A DNA stretch of 64,000 nt from an uncultured Catenibacterium sp. (GTDB taxonomy: Bacteria > Bacillota_I > Bacilli_A > Erysipelotrichales > Coprobacillaceae): the NCBI RefSeq assembly GCF_900540665.1, contig NZ_UQGV01000001.1, positions 4,967 through 68,966 on the forward strand, in the 5' to 3' direction. Under the pieces are notes generated by a model. The model was not told where the DNA came from and made no database searches. It was given only the letters and a program-made list of their open reading frames with translations. A program made the position numbers and the translations under genes. This document shows, one piece after another, positions 19,173 through 31,221 of this stretch. Each line of letters starts with the position of its first letter. The first letter of the stretch is position 1.

Positions 19173-19853
19173 ATGTTGAAAATTACTTATATAGCACACA
19201 GCAGTTTCTTTATAGAAACAGATTGTACATGCTTGTTATTTGATTATTATACAGGGACTATTCCAAAAGTGCCTGTTGGTAAGAAATTTTATGTCTTTGC
19301 AAGTCATAGACATGGTGATCATTATTCAAAGAAAATCTTTGATTTAAAGAAAGAATACAATAATGTTCATTATTTACTATCTAGTGATATAGAGAAGATA
19401 GAAGATGATTCTATCACTTATTTAAAGGATAATATTGTTTATTTTGATTCTACTATAGAAGTCAGTACTTATTTATCGAATGATGAAGGTATTGCGTTTA
19501 TGGTACAAGTAGATGGTTATACTCTTTATCATGCAGGAGATCTCAATAACTGGGATTGGGTTGGTGAAGATAAAGAATGGCTTGACTGGCAGAAGAACCT
19601 TTATCATACAGAATTAGAAAAGATGAAGGACTTTGATATTGATGTGGCCTTTGTTCCTTTAGATCCTCGTCTAGAAGATCATTATCATGAAGGTATGACA
19701 GATTTCCTAAAGGTTTGTCATACTCGTTATATTGTCCCAATGCATTGCTGGAATAAATATGATGTCATTGAAAGATTTATAGAAGAACACGGGCATAAAG
19801 ACCAGGTTCTTGCATTTACACAAGATGGAGAAGTTATGGATGTCAAAATATAA
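19173..19853 (+). CDS. MBL-fold metallo-hydrolase
   Basis: 226 aa with the H-x-H-x-D-H motif (ASHRHGDHY) of the metallo-beta-lactamase fold. Confidence 0.75.
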   Translation: MLKITYIAHSSFFIETDCTCLLFDYYTGTIPKVPVGKKFYVFASHRHGDHYSKKIFDLKKEYNNVHYLLSSDIEKIEDDSITYLKDNIVYFDSTIEVSTYLSNDEGIAFMVQVDGYTLYHAGDLNNWDWVGEDKEWLDWQKNLYHTELEKMKDFDIDVAFVPLDPRLEDHYHEGMTDFLKVCHTRYIVPMHCWNKYDVIERFIEEHGHKDQVLAFTQDGEVMDVKI

Positions 19854-20223
19854 AATACTTTGGATTATTCCCCTCTTTTTTATGATTTCTATATGTGGTG
19901 TTCTTTATTTTCAGAAAAATATATCTCATGATATGTCTCGCTTTGAGATTGCCTATATTAATAATCATTTGATTATTCCTGATAGTCAAGAAATCGTTGA
20001 AAAGGGATATCCTAAAAACGAATCAGGAGAAACCTATGGTCCTGATTTATCAGACTATGTAGGTAGTGTTCCTGATCTCATTCTTGCAGAAAGTAAAGAA
20101 GGGATTAAAGGTTACTTAAAGAAAACAGACAAGGATTCTATTACATCATCGTCACGTACATTACCACTCTATTTACAGGATGGTAAGACAAAGATTGCAG
20201 AACTGACACTCAAAACAAAATAA
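19840..20223 (+). CDS. hypothetical secreted or membrane-anchored protein
   Basis: N-terminal signal/TM segment (MSKYKILWIIPLFFMISICGVLYF) followed by a hydrophilic domain. RBS ggagaag lies 6 nt before the ATG at 19840. Confidence 0.5.
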   Translation: MSKYKILWIIPLFFMISICGVLYFQKNISHDMSRFEIAYINNHLIIPDSQEIVEKGYPKNESGETYGPDLSDYVGSVPDLILAESKEGIKGYLKKTDKDSITSSSRTLPLYLQDGKTKIAELTLKTK

Positions 20224-20247
20224 TTTCCCAGGAAAAGGAGGAAAATC

Positions 20248-21144
20248 ATGACACTCAATCAATTACGTTATGTCGTCATGGTGGCGCAAACTGGAAGCAT
20301 TACTCAGGCTGCTAAAAGACTATTTATCTCACAGCCTTCTCTTACAAATGCGATTAAAGAATTAGAAAATGAAATGCATATCACAATCTTTAGGCGTACC
20401 AATAAAGGTGTTATTGTATCTAGGGAAGGAGAAACATTCTTAAGTTATGCTAGACAGGTATTAGATCAAGCTGATCTACTTGAAGAACGCTATATGAATG
20501 ATAAACATCAAAGTCCCCATTTTAGTGTATCCTGCCAGCATTATTCTTTTGCGGTCAATGCCTTTGTAGATGTTATTAGACAGTTTGGTGTTAACCAATA
20601 TGATTTCACATTAAGAGAAACAGAAACACATGAAATTATCGAAGATGTTTCTACTATGAAAAGTGAAATAGGTGTTCTTTATACATGTCCTAAGAATGAA
20701 GAAGTCATCATGAAGATGATCAGACAGAATAACTTGGAATTTAAAGAACTTTTTGTCGCAAAACCTCATGTTTTTATTTCGTATCACCATCCTCTAGCTT
20801 ATAAGAAGACATTAACACTTAAGGACTTAGAAGATTACCCATATCTCTCTTTTGAACAGGGAGAGTATAATTCTTTCTATTTCTCAGAAGAAGTATTAAG
20901 TACATTAGATAGAAAGAGAAACATTAAGGTAAGAGACCGTGCAACACTCTTTAACTTGTTGATAGGTTTAAATGGTTATACAGTATCTACTGGTATTATC
21001 TCTAAAGAATTGAATGGTGAAACAATCATTTCCGTTCCTTTATTAGTGGATGAAATCATGAGAGTAGGCACTATTACACAGAAGAATATGATACTTTCAC
21101 GTTATGGAGAAGCCTATATGGAGGCACTAAAAAAGCATATATAA
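20248..21144 (+). CDS. LysR family transcriptional regulator
   Basis: N-terminal LysR HTH (MTLNQLRYVVMVAQTGSITQAAKRLFISQPSLTNAIKELE) with a substrate-binding domain after it. Confidence 0.85.
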   Translation: MTLNQLRYVVMVAQTGSITQAAKRLFISQPSLTNAIKELENEMHITIFRRTNKGVIVSREGETFLSYARQVLDQADLLEERYMNDKHQSPHFSVSCQHYSFAVNAFVDVIRQFGVNQYDFTLRETETHEIIEDVSTMKSEIGVLYTCPKNEEVIMKMIRQNNLEFKELFVAKPHVFISYHHPLAYKKTLTLKDLEDYPYLSFEQGEYNSFYFSEEVLSTLDRKRNIKVRDRATLFNLLIGLNGYTVSTGIISKELNGETIISVPLLVDEIMRVGTITQKNMILSRYGEAYMEALKKHI

Positions 21145-21223
21145 TGATAATCTCTTGATTTTACCACTTAAATATTACTAGTGATATTCTTGCTTTTTGT
21201 GATTTTTGGTGTAAAATACTACC

Positions 21224-21245
21224 AACATCACAAGTGTGATGTTGA
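21224..21245. promoter_or_regulatory. 22-bp perfect palindrome (candidate operator)
   Basis: caacatcaca-ag-tgtgatgttg has perfect 10-bp arms. It lies between a TG-TAAAAT -10-like element at 21210-21218 and the RBS of the ORF at 21260. Confidence 0.5.
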
Positions 21246-21259
21246 AGGAGGTAAGACTC

Positions 21260-21658
21260 ATGTTGAAACGTTATTTAGAGAAACTGATCTCTTTTGGCTG
21301 TAGTCTTCAGGATGTCCCTCGCGTAGATGTTGTTTATGAAATGCCAGAAGGTCAGAACTATCATTTAGTGAAATATATATCAGGAAAGCAAGGATGCTTA
21401 TATGTTGATATCGATGCCTTCAAGAAGGAAAATCAAAAATCCTTATTTGCGTTATTTACAGAATTAAGACGTTATTATCAGGATTATACAAATATGAAAC
21501 AACCTCATGATCTTGAATATGCAATCGATGCCAATGCTTTTGCGGTTATGGTAATGAAAGTCTATTTTGGTGTAGATTCTCCAGTTAATCATGATCTGCC
21601 AATGACAAGAGTGATGCTTGCATCTCATCATCTCTCACAACAATTAAATATCGAATAA
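21260..21658 (+). CDS. hypothetical protein
   Basis: 132 aa soluble protein with RBS gaaggagg and no motif I recognise. A terminator follows at 21661-21689. Confidence 0.45.
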   Translation: MLKRYLEKLISFGCSLQDVPRVDVVYEMPEGQNYHLVKYISGKQGCLYVDIDAFKKENQKSLFALFTELRRYYQDYTNMKQPHDLEYAIDANAFAVMVMKVYFGVDSPVNHDLPMTRVMLASHHLSQQLNIE

Positions 21659-21660
21659 AA

Positions 21661-21689
21661 AGAGTGGCTACGGCCACTCTTTTTATAAG
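21661..21689 (+). terminator. intrinsic terminator
   Basis: Stem aaagagtggc, stem gccactcttt, then ttat. Confidence 0.7.
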
Positions 21690-21865
21690 GATTGTAAGGA
21701 TATGTTTTTTTTAGTTACTAGTTAGAAGTAACTAACTAGATAATATCATGCACATGAGATAAATGCAATAGATATATTAAATTAATTTTTCTGGTCATTT
21801 TACTTGTTTAATAACTGTGGTTATGCTAAACTAACTACAGTTAGAGATTACTAACTTGGAGGTAA

Positions 21866-23164
<1,299 letters not shown>

Positions 23165-23165
23165 G

Positions 23166-23190
23166 GCAGAGAAATCTGCCTTTTTTTCTT
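23166..23190 (+). terminator. intrinsic terminator
   Basis: ggcagagaaatctgcc followed by T7. The hairpin is identical to the one at 18705. Confidence 0.75.
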
Positions 23191-23244
23191 TTCTTTCAAA
23201 TGAATTATGTTATGATATATGAACATATTTTTGGGAGAAATATT

Positions 23245-24144
23245 ATGAAATATTTTAAAAGAGGAGTACTTCTCACTTTGATTGGTGGGACATGCTGGGG
23301 CTTTTCAGGTGCAAGCGGGCAGTTCTTATTTACTTATTATCAAGCTAATCCACTCTGGCTTACATCTATGCGTATGTGTTTTGCAGGATTGTTGATTACA
23401 TTATTTGGTGTATTTACACAAAAAGAATCTATGAAACGCTTAGTCAGTCAAAAGAAAGACTTACTTAAAACATTTGGTTTTGGTTTTGTCTTAATGTTGT
23501 GTCAGTTTACTTATTTACAGGCTATTAATACATCTAATGCGGGAACTGCTACAGTGTTGCAGTATCTTTCACCAATTTATATCATGATTGTCGTTTGTCT
23601 TACATTAAAGAGATTACCTAATAAGGTAGAATTATTATGTATTATCTTGGCTTTAGGTGGTGCTTTTGTGATTGCAACTCATGGTCATCTAAATGGTTTA
23701 TCATTAACACCTGCAGGATTATTCTGGGATATTGCCTGTGGTTTTACGAGTGCTGCTTATTCTATCTATCCTAAGCGTCTGATGGCTGTATATGGCAGTG
23801 TTCCAGTCACTGGTATAGGAATGTTATTCGGCGGTATTGCGCTATTATGTGCAGGCAAGACATGGACTCTTGCCCCTGCATTAGACTTAGCTGGAGTACT
23901 TGCAACAATAGGTATTATAGTAATAGGAACAGCAGTTGCCTTCACATTATATTTACAGGGAGTTGTAGATATTGGTCCAGTCAAGGCAAGTATGATTGCA
24001 AGTATTGAACCTGTATCAGCTATATTATTTGCGTTTGTATGGTTATCTACACCATTCAAATGTATTGATCTTGTTGGTTTTACGATGATTCTTGTGACAA
24101 TCTTCTTATTAGCTCTTCCTAGTGATCAAGTATCAAATTCATAA
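23245..24144 (+). CDS. EamA/DMT family transporter
   Basis: Ten TM helices with two EamA-like repeats. RBS gggaga precedes the ATG at 23245. Confidence 0.7.
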   Translation: MKYFKRGVLLTLIGGTCWGFSGASGQFLFTYYQANPLWLTSMRMCFAGLLITLFGVFTQKESMKRLVSQKKDLLKTFGFGFVLMLCQFTYLQAINTSNAGTATVLQYLSPIYIMIVVCLTLKRLPNKVELLCIILALGGAFVIATHGHLNGLSLTPAGLFWDIACGFTSAAYSIYPKRLMAVYGSVPVTGIGMLFGGIALLCAGKTWTLAPALDLAGVLATIGIIVIGTAVAFTLYLQGVVDIGPVKASMIASIEPVSAILFAFVWLSTPFKCIDLVGFTMILVTIFLLALPSDQVSNS

Positions 24145-24190
24145 CTATTACATATATTTTGTAATATAATAATATTAGGGAGTGGTTAAT

Positions 24191-24574
24191 ATGGAGAAGT
24201 TAAAGAAGGGGATTCCATTTCTCATTTATATGATGATTTGGTCTTTATATATTTTATTTGCCTGGTCAAGAACACATCCAGGACAGATTATTGAAGTGTC
24301 ATTATTTATATTATATTTAGTGTTGCCGACATCAGCTTTTATTATATCAGTGCTTTACGGTCAGTCAGACCATCGTGCTATTTATTTGCTTACATTATTC
24401 TTTGGTATGATGGAAATACTTGGCTGTTATTTAAGCTTTATTCATGTATCGTTGACTGATATTGAAAAGATATTGGTACCAAGTTCAGAAATAGTATTAT
24501 ATGGTGTGATCCCGTCATTACTTGGAATCATGATTGGACAATATATAAACAAACAGAACCGCTACAACATGTAG
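24191..24574 (+). CDS. hypothetical membrane protein
   Basis: 127 aa with four predicted TM helices. RBS gggagtgg. Confidence 0.45.
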   Translation: MEKLKKGIPFLIYMMIWSLYILFAWSRTHPGQIIEVSLFILYLVLPTSAFIISVLYGQSDHRAIYLLTLFFGMMEILGCYLSFIHVSLTDIEKILVPSSEIVLYGVIPSLLGIMIGQYINKQNRYNM

Positions 24575-24588
24575 CGGTTCTTTGTTAG
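24556..24588. terminator. bidirectional terminator
   Basis: Stem cagaaccgctaca / tgtagcggttct between convergent genes. Confidence 0.65.
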
Positions 24589-25190
24589 AGTTCTTTGTTG
24601 TTAAGGATGCTGATTGTACTTCTATAAGAGATGATCAAAGCAAATAGTACAATGAATGCATATATTCCAATGAGTAGGAATGCTGAAATTTGACTCATCA
24701 ACATGCCTACTGAAGTCGCACCACTTGCAACTGCAAGAAATAAAACAAGCATCAACATTAAGACAATAATAGTTGCCTTTTCACGACCGTACTTCATCAT
24801 TACAGGAATCGTGATAGAAATATATATGAATGCGGAAAAGAGCATGGCAAGCTGGACAATTGTTGTTTCTAAGTTAATATGAGTTGCGGAACTTATAAGG
24901 AAAGCAATCAGCCATGATATGAATGTAACAGTGAGTGCATAGATATATTTCTCTAAACAGTATTCTCTCTTACTAAAAGGCAGGGCAAAGAGATAAGTCA
25001 TCTCATTGTGATACATATCATAAGAAAATGAATTGAAGACAAGTCCTGTTCCCATAAATGTAAGATAACTAGAAATAGACGCAAATCCAGAATTTGCATA
25101 AGCCATAATCAGACAGATTACAACAATCGTTACAATATACTTTATTTGAGACTTGAGTAATAATAAATCTTTTTTGAGTAGTCCTTTCAT
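24585..25190 (-). CDS. ABC-2 type transporter permease
   Basis: 201 aa, six TM helices, located downstream of an ABC ATPase in a GntR-ABC operon. Confidence 0.6.
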   Translation of the reverse strand: MKGLLKKDLLLLKSQIKYIVTIVVICLIMAYANSGFASISSYLTFMGTGLVFNSFSYDMYHNEMTYLFALPFSKREYCLEKYIYALTVTFISWLIAFLISSATHINLETTIVQLAMLFSAFIYISITIPVMMKYGREKATIIVLMLMLVLFLAVASGATSVGMLMSQISAFLLIGIYAFIVLFALIISYRSTISILNNKEL

Positions 25191-26011
25191 AAGCGCTCTC
25201 CTTTTAATAGAATAGGAATCATTGTATCAATATGATTCTGTTCAATCACAATAGTAGGATAGTTTTCACTATAGAACTGTCTTTCGTTTGTAAGACATGA
25301 ATAACCAAATGGTTCTTTCATTACTTCCAGCAGATAATCTTTATCTAAGCTTTTATAATCTTCTTTAGATACCTTTAACACACCATATTGAGACAGAAGT
25401 GTATCCATTTCTTCATGCATGATGATTTGTCCATGATCGATAATATAAAGATCATCACATAATGATTCTAAATCACTAGATATATGAGAAGAAATAAGAA
25501 TAGTACAATCTTCTTTTTCCATATAATCTCTCAGTATATCTAGTATTTCATCTCTAGTAAGAACATCGAGTCCTGCAGTTAGTTCATCTAAAATCAGTAA
25601 CTGAGCATGATGTGTTAACGCAATAATGATATTCAGTTTTGCTTTCATACCTGTAGAAAATGTACGAACTTTCTTATCTAAAGGGATATCAAAACGCTGA
25701 CAATAAGATTGAAACAAATCTTCGTCAAAACGTTTATAAGTACATTTTAGAATACTGATTATATCGGATACAGTAAAGAATTCACTGAACCCTGTTTCAC
25801 TTAATACAACACCAATTTCCTGTTTATCAGGTATCTGTATGTTACCTTCATCAATAGGATTAATACCAAGAATACTCTTGAATAATGTACTCTTACCAGC
25901 ACCATTCATTCCTATAATTCCAGTAATAATACCTTTAGGGATATCTAGGCTGCATTCAAGAGTAAATGAGTCATAACTCTTTTTCAAATGATCAATGTGA
26001 ATCATAAACAT
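25187..26011 (-). CDS. ABC transporter ATP-binding protein
   Basis: Walker A (GMNGAGKST), ABC signature (FSTGMKAKL) and Walker B (LILDE). Confidence 0.9.
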   Translation of the reverse strand: MFMIHIDHLKKSYDSFTLECSLDIPKGIITGIIGMNGAGKSTLFKSILGINPIDEGNIQIPDKQEIGVVLSETGFSEFFTVSDIISILKCTYKRFDEDLFQSYCQRFDIPLDKKVRTFSTGMKAKLNIIIALTHHAQLLILDELTAGLDVLTRDEILDILRDYMEKEDCTILISSHISSDLESLCDDLYIIDHGQIIMHEEMDTLLSQYGVLKVSKEDYKSLDKDYLLEVMKEPFGYSCLTNERQFYSENYPTIVIEQNHIDTMIPILLKGERL

Positions 26012-26378
26012 CCTCCATAATAAGAGATAACATGTCCTGCATTTCCTGATAAGTAATGCCAGAACACTTTCCTTTTTCTATAGCACGAGATAATAGTTCT
26101 TCTGTTTCTCTTAAACAATTTTCTTTCACTTCATTTTGAGAAACCTCTAATACATAGCTTCCTTTTCCATGAACAGTGGTTGTATACCCTTCTTTTTCTA
26201 AGAAATCATATGCTTTCTTCACAGTTAAAGCACTGATCTTTAATTCTTTAGATAAAGCACGTACTGAAGGAAGTGCTTCATTAGGAGATAACTGATTAGA
26301 AAGTATTGCTTCTTTAATAGCTTCTACAATCTGTTCATATATAGGAACCATTGATGAATGATTAATGATAATATGCAT
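25992..26378 (-). CDS. GntR family transcriptional regulator (YtrA-like)
   Basis: 128 aa with a GntR winged HTH (LPSVRALSKELKISALTVKKAYDFLEKEGY) and a short C-terminus typical of the YtrA subfamily. It overlaps the ABC genes. Confidence 0.85.
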   Translation of the reverse strand: MHIIINHSSMVPIYEQIVEAIKEAILSNQLSPNEALPSVRALSKELKISALTVKKAYDFLEKEGYTTTVHGKGSYVLEVSQNEVKENCLRETEELLSRAIEKGKCSGITYQEMQDMLSLIMEDVYDSH

Positions 26379-26468
26379 CTCTCTTCCTCCTATAAACAGT
26401 ATATAACACCGTGCAATACAAAATTCAAATTATGAAAATAATAAGCATAATCTTTCAATGTTTGATAG

Positions 26469-27938
<1,470 letters not shown>

Positions 27939-27945
27939 TACGAAA

Positions 27946-27977
27946 AAGAAGGGCTATGAATCCATAGTCCTTCTTTA
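27946..27977. terminator. bidirectional terminator
   Basis: Stem gaagggctatg, loop aatc, stem catagtccttc, between convergent genes. Confidence 0.6.
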
Positions 27978-28328
27978 ATGTTGATGTCTTTTCTGTTTTA
28001 CAGAGTTACCTTCTTCAGGGCCTCTAAAATCTACTAAAGATCCTAAATCATAGACCTTAAATCCTGCTTTGACTAATTTTCTTGAACCTTCATGTGCAGT
28101 TCCAGCTGCAAGAGCATAAACATAATATGTTGCAGTAGGATCAAGATCTCTTTTTGCATGCTGATCAATTAGTCTTGCAGGATAACATTGTGCATCGACT
28201 GGATGTCTTACATCAAACTTTAAATCATCATCCACACATAGTAGAATAATATTCATATTATTTTGAAACTCTTCATAAGCATGATTGAATTCAAGTGTTT
28301 GTACTGCTTCTTTACGTTTAAAAAACAT
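27975..28328 (-). CDS. rhodanese-like domain protein lacking the catalytic cysteine
   Basis: 117 aa single rhodanese-fold domain. The active-site loop position reads ALAAGTA where C-x-x-G-x-R would be expected. Confidence 0.55.
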   Translation of the reverse strand: MFFKRKEAVQTLEFNHAYEEFQNNMNIILLCVDDDLKFDVRHPVDAQCYPARLIDQHAKRDLDPTATYYVYALAAGTAHEGSRKLVKAGFKVYDLGSLVDFRGPEEGNSVKQKRHQH

Positions 28329-28424
28329 AGACTCACCTCACGTATACAATAATATCATTTTCTTATGTATTTTACTATTGCTTTTTATAAATTGGTATGG
28401 TAATATAAACAAGCAGTTTAACTT

Positions 28425-28498
28425 AGGGGCTTGGTCCAATGGTAGAACATCGGTCTCCAAAACCGTTGATACGGGTTCGATTCCTGTAGCCCCTGCCA
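28425..28498 (+). tRNA. tRNA-Trp (anticodon CCA)
   Basis: AGGGGCTTGGTCCAATGGTAGAACATCGGTCTCCAAAACCG...GGTTCGATTCC...AGCCCCTGCCA. The 7-bp acceptor stem, the GGUCU-CCA-AAACC anticodon arm and the encoded 3' CCA closely match bacterial tRNA-Trp. Confidence 0.9.
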
Positions 28499-28508
28499 TC
28501 TGTAAATA

Positions 28509-28537
28509 ACGAACACTTCGGTGTTCGTTTTTTTTAT
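28509..28537 (+). terminator. intrinsic terminator after the tRNA
   Basis: Stem aacgaacac, loop ttcg, stem gtgttcgtt, then T8. Confidence 0.8.
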
Positions 28538-28608
28538 TTATTTTATGTTTATTTATTTAATACTCCTTTTGATGTGGTATAATAGAGTTATGAAAGGGGT
28601 TACAATTT

Positions 28609-28878
28609 ATGGCAAAAACTTTAGCATGTATCGTAACAGATCCAGTAGGTTTATATGCGACACCTGCAATGGATCTTATCGAAGTCGCAAAGACTTTCGA
28701 CAGTGACTTTACCTTAACTTATTCAGGTAAGACTGTGAATCTTAAATCGATGATGGGCGTTCTTTCATTAGGTATTCCAACAAAGGCAAAGATTGTGATT
28801 ACTGCCGATGGAGAAGATGAAGAAACAGGTATTAAAGCAGTGCATGAAAAAATGAAAGAATTAGGTATTATCGGATAA
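28609..28878 (+). CDS. HPr-family phosphocarrier paralog, Crh-like (Tyr replaces His15, Ser46 retained)
   Basis: 89 aa and clearly HPr-like (…DPVGLYATPA…GKTVNLKSMMGVLSLG…). The GIHARPA motif reads GLYATPA, while the regulatory Ser46 context (VNLKSMMGV) is intact. It has its own TG-TATAAT promoter at 28574-28582. Confidence 0.75.
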   Translation: MAKTLACIVTDPVGLYATPAMDLIEVAKTFDSDFTLTYSGKTVNLKSMMGVLSLGIPTKAKIVITADGEDEETGIKAVHEKMKELGIIG

Positions 28879-28937
28879 AGAATGCATGATGCATTCTTTT
28901 TCTTTTTTATGTATAATAGGCGTAAGGAGTTGATGGT

Positions 28938-29717
28938 ATGAAACCAATGATGTGTTTTGATGTAGATGGTACTATTAGAGGTACGACAGATGAACATATA
29001 GTATATGATTCAACGATTCTTGCGCTTAAGAAATTAAAGGAAGCAGGATATCCAATCGTTGTTTCAACAGGAAGAGGAAGAGATTCTTTCTTACGTACGG
29101 GTATACAGGATATTGCGGACTGGGATGGATTTGTGTTTAATAACGGTCAGTTGATTACAGATGGGAAAGGCAATGTGATCAATGCCCATCATTTTAAGAA
29201 TGAAGATGTTATTCATACAATTGCGAAAGCAGATGAATTGAATCTTGCAGTGACTTTGAAGAAGGAACATCGCATTATCACAAAAGAACCAGATGAATAT
29301 GTCTTAGAGACACAGCGTTATTTTGGAAACCAGATAGGACCGGTTGAAAAGTATAACGGGACTGATCTTGTCGATATGATGATTATCTATGGTCCTAAAG
29401 GGTGGGATTATAAACCATTTCTTGATTTAGAAGGTATTTCTGTATTACCAGGTTTATCCTGTTTTGCGGATGTTGCTATTGCAGGTGTATCTAAAGCAAC
29501 AGGTATTATGGAATTAGGTAAAGTATTAGGTAGTGATCATTATATATGTTTTGGTGATTCACAGAATGATATAGAAATGATGAAGCATGCCTCAACATCA
29601 ATTTGTATGGGTAATGGTGATGCAATGACTAAAGCGGAAGCAGATTACGTAACTGCAGATATTGATGATGATGGTATTTATAAAGCTTGTATTCATTTTG
29701 GATATATAAAGGAGTAG
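28938..29717 (+). CDS. HAD family hydrolase (Cof-like)
   Basis: N-terminus reads CFDVDGTI and a GDSQNDIEM motif is present. Confidence 0.75.
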   Translation: MKPMMCFDVDGTIRGTTDEHIVYDSTILALKKLKEAGYPIVVSTGRGRDSFLRTGIQDIADWDGFVFNNGQLITDGKGNVINAHHFKNEDVIHTIAKADELNLAVTLKKEHRIITKEPDEYVLETQRYFGNQIGPVEKYNGTDLVDMMIIYGPKGWDYKPFLDLEGISVLPGLSCFADVAIAGVSKATGIMELGKVLGSDHYICFGDSQNDIEMMKHASTSICMGNGDAMTKAEADYVTADIDDDGIYKACIHFGYIKE

Positions 29718-29723
29718 AGAAAA

Positions 29724-29972
29724 ATGACATTAAAAGAAGCATATGAAACAGGTAGAGATTTAGATGTATATGTAGATAGCGAAATGGCTGATCAGGATTC
29801 ACATAGTTTTGATGATTTATGGCAGTCTATTTATGATATTGTACAGGTAGCAGTAGGGGGTATTGTAGAAGAAGACCCTGAAGAATTAAAAAAAGCCATT
29901 GAATGGCTTAAGGAAACACAGGATAAAACAGAAGCCTATAAGACTTTAGATATCCCATTTGAGGTGAAGTAA
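29724..29972 (+). CDS. hypothetical small acidic protein
   Basis: 82 aa, highly acidic, sitting between a HAD hydrolase and a dipeptidase. Confidence 0.4.
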   Translation: MTLKEAYETGRDLDVYVDSEMADQDSHSFDDLWQSIYDIVQVAVGGIVEEDPEELKKAIEWLKETQDKTEAYKTLDIPFEVK

Positions 29973-30937
29973 TGAAAGTAGTAGATATGCATTGTGATAC
30001 ACTCTATGAGATGGAAAAGAATCACCTCTCATTAAGTGAAAATAACTTAAATATTGATTTAAAAAAGATGGAAGAAGGAGATTATCTTTTACAGAACTTC
30101 GCTATCTTCACTGAACTAAAGAAAACAGCTGATCCAGTTGATCATGTGATGAAATGTATTGATTATTTTTATCAGGAAATGAGAAAGAATAAGGATAAGA
30201 TCCACCCAGTTACAACTTATGATGAAATTATGGAAAATACACATAATGGTATCATGAGTGCACTGCTTACTATTGAAGAAGGGGCAGTCATTCATGAAGA
30301 CCTTTCTTATTTAAGAAACTATTATCGTTTAGGTGTACGTATGGTTGCATTAAGCTGGAATCATATCAATGGACTCACATATCCTAATTTTGATATGAAT
30401 GATGATACACATGGCTATCATACATATGATGATGTACATGGTCTCACTGATGCAGGGAAAGCCTATATCAAAGAGATGGAAGATCTAGGCATGATTATTG
30501 ATGTGTCTCATATGTCAGATAAATGTTTCTATGATGTGTTAGATATCGTCAAGAAACCTTTTGTGGCATCTCATTCTAATGCACGTGCTGTATGTCCTCA
30601 TGCCCGTAATATGAGTGATGATATGATTTTAAAGCTTGCGCATCGTGGTGGTGTTATGGGTCTTAACTATGCTGCAGGTTTCTTAGGTGAGAATGTGGAA
30701 AAGTCACGTATTGAAGATATGGTGAAGCATATTCTTTATATCAAGGACTTAGCAGGTATTGAATGTATTGGCTTAGGTTCTGATTTTGATGGTATTTCAC
30801 AAAATCTAGAAATGAAAAATGCGTCTTATTTACCTCAATTAGAAAAGGCACTTAGAGACGCAGGATTGACAACTGAAGAAATTGAAAAAGTCTTCTATAA
30901 AAACGTATTACGTGTTTATAGAGAAATCTTGAAATAG
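29972..30937 (+). CDS. membrane dipeptidase family (peptidase M19) protein
   Basis: 321 aa. N-terminus VVDMHCDT and conserved His/Asp/Glu metal ligands characteristic of renal-dipeptidase-like enzymes. Confidence 0.7.
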   Translation: MKVVDMHCDTLYEMEKNHLSLSENNLNIDLKKMEEGDYLLQNFAIFTELKKTADPVDHVMKCIDYFYQEMRKNKDKIHPVTTYDEIMENTHNGIMSALLTIEEGAVIHEDLSYLRNYYRLGVRMVALSWNHINGLTYPNFDMNDDTHGYHTYDDVHGLTDAGKAYIKEMEDLGMIIDVSHMSDKCFYDVLDIVKKPFVASHSNARAVCPHARNMSDDMILKLAHRGGVMGLNYAAGFLGENVEKSRIEDMVKHILYIKDLAGIECIGLGSDFDGISQNLEMKNASYLPQLEKALRDAGLTTEEIEKVFYKNVLRVYREILK

Positions 30938-30940
30938 AAA

Positions 30941-30985
30941 AAATGACAGGCCGTATATGATGGGGAAGCCTGTCATTTTTCTTTT
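30941..30985 (+). terminator. intrinsic terminator
   Basis: Stem aatgacaggc ... gcctgtcatt, then tttc. Confidence 0.6.
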
Positions 30986-31086
30986 AATAACTTTTTGGGG
31001 GAGAAGTTATGTAGTCACTTGGGAGTATCCGTGAACTACATATATCAATATAACGGAGAATTGTGAACGTAATATGAATATGGTTC

Positions 31087-31151
31087 ATATTTATGTAAAA
31101 TAGTGCCTTTTGAAGTTTTGAACAGATAGCAATTTATGTAAAATAGTGCAC
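31087..31151 (+). promoter_or_regulatory. direct repeat pair atttatgtaaaatagtgc (x2) upstream of the RpiR / Fe-S hydro-lyase cluster
   Basis: An 18-19 nt repeat sits at 31089-31107 and 31133-31151, with 44 bp centre to centre, about 70 bp upstream of rpiR. Confidence 0.5.
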
Positions 31152-31221
31152 ATGTCTTTCTTTTTTTAATTTGAAAAATATTATATAATAATATAGATAA
31201 ATAACATGAAGGAGAGAAAAT

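Noticed and set aside
28285-28509. 74-aa ORF from the six-frame track
   Set aside because: It overlaps tRNA-Trp and the tRNA's promoter region entirely, so it is a spurious read-through of the tRNA sequence.
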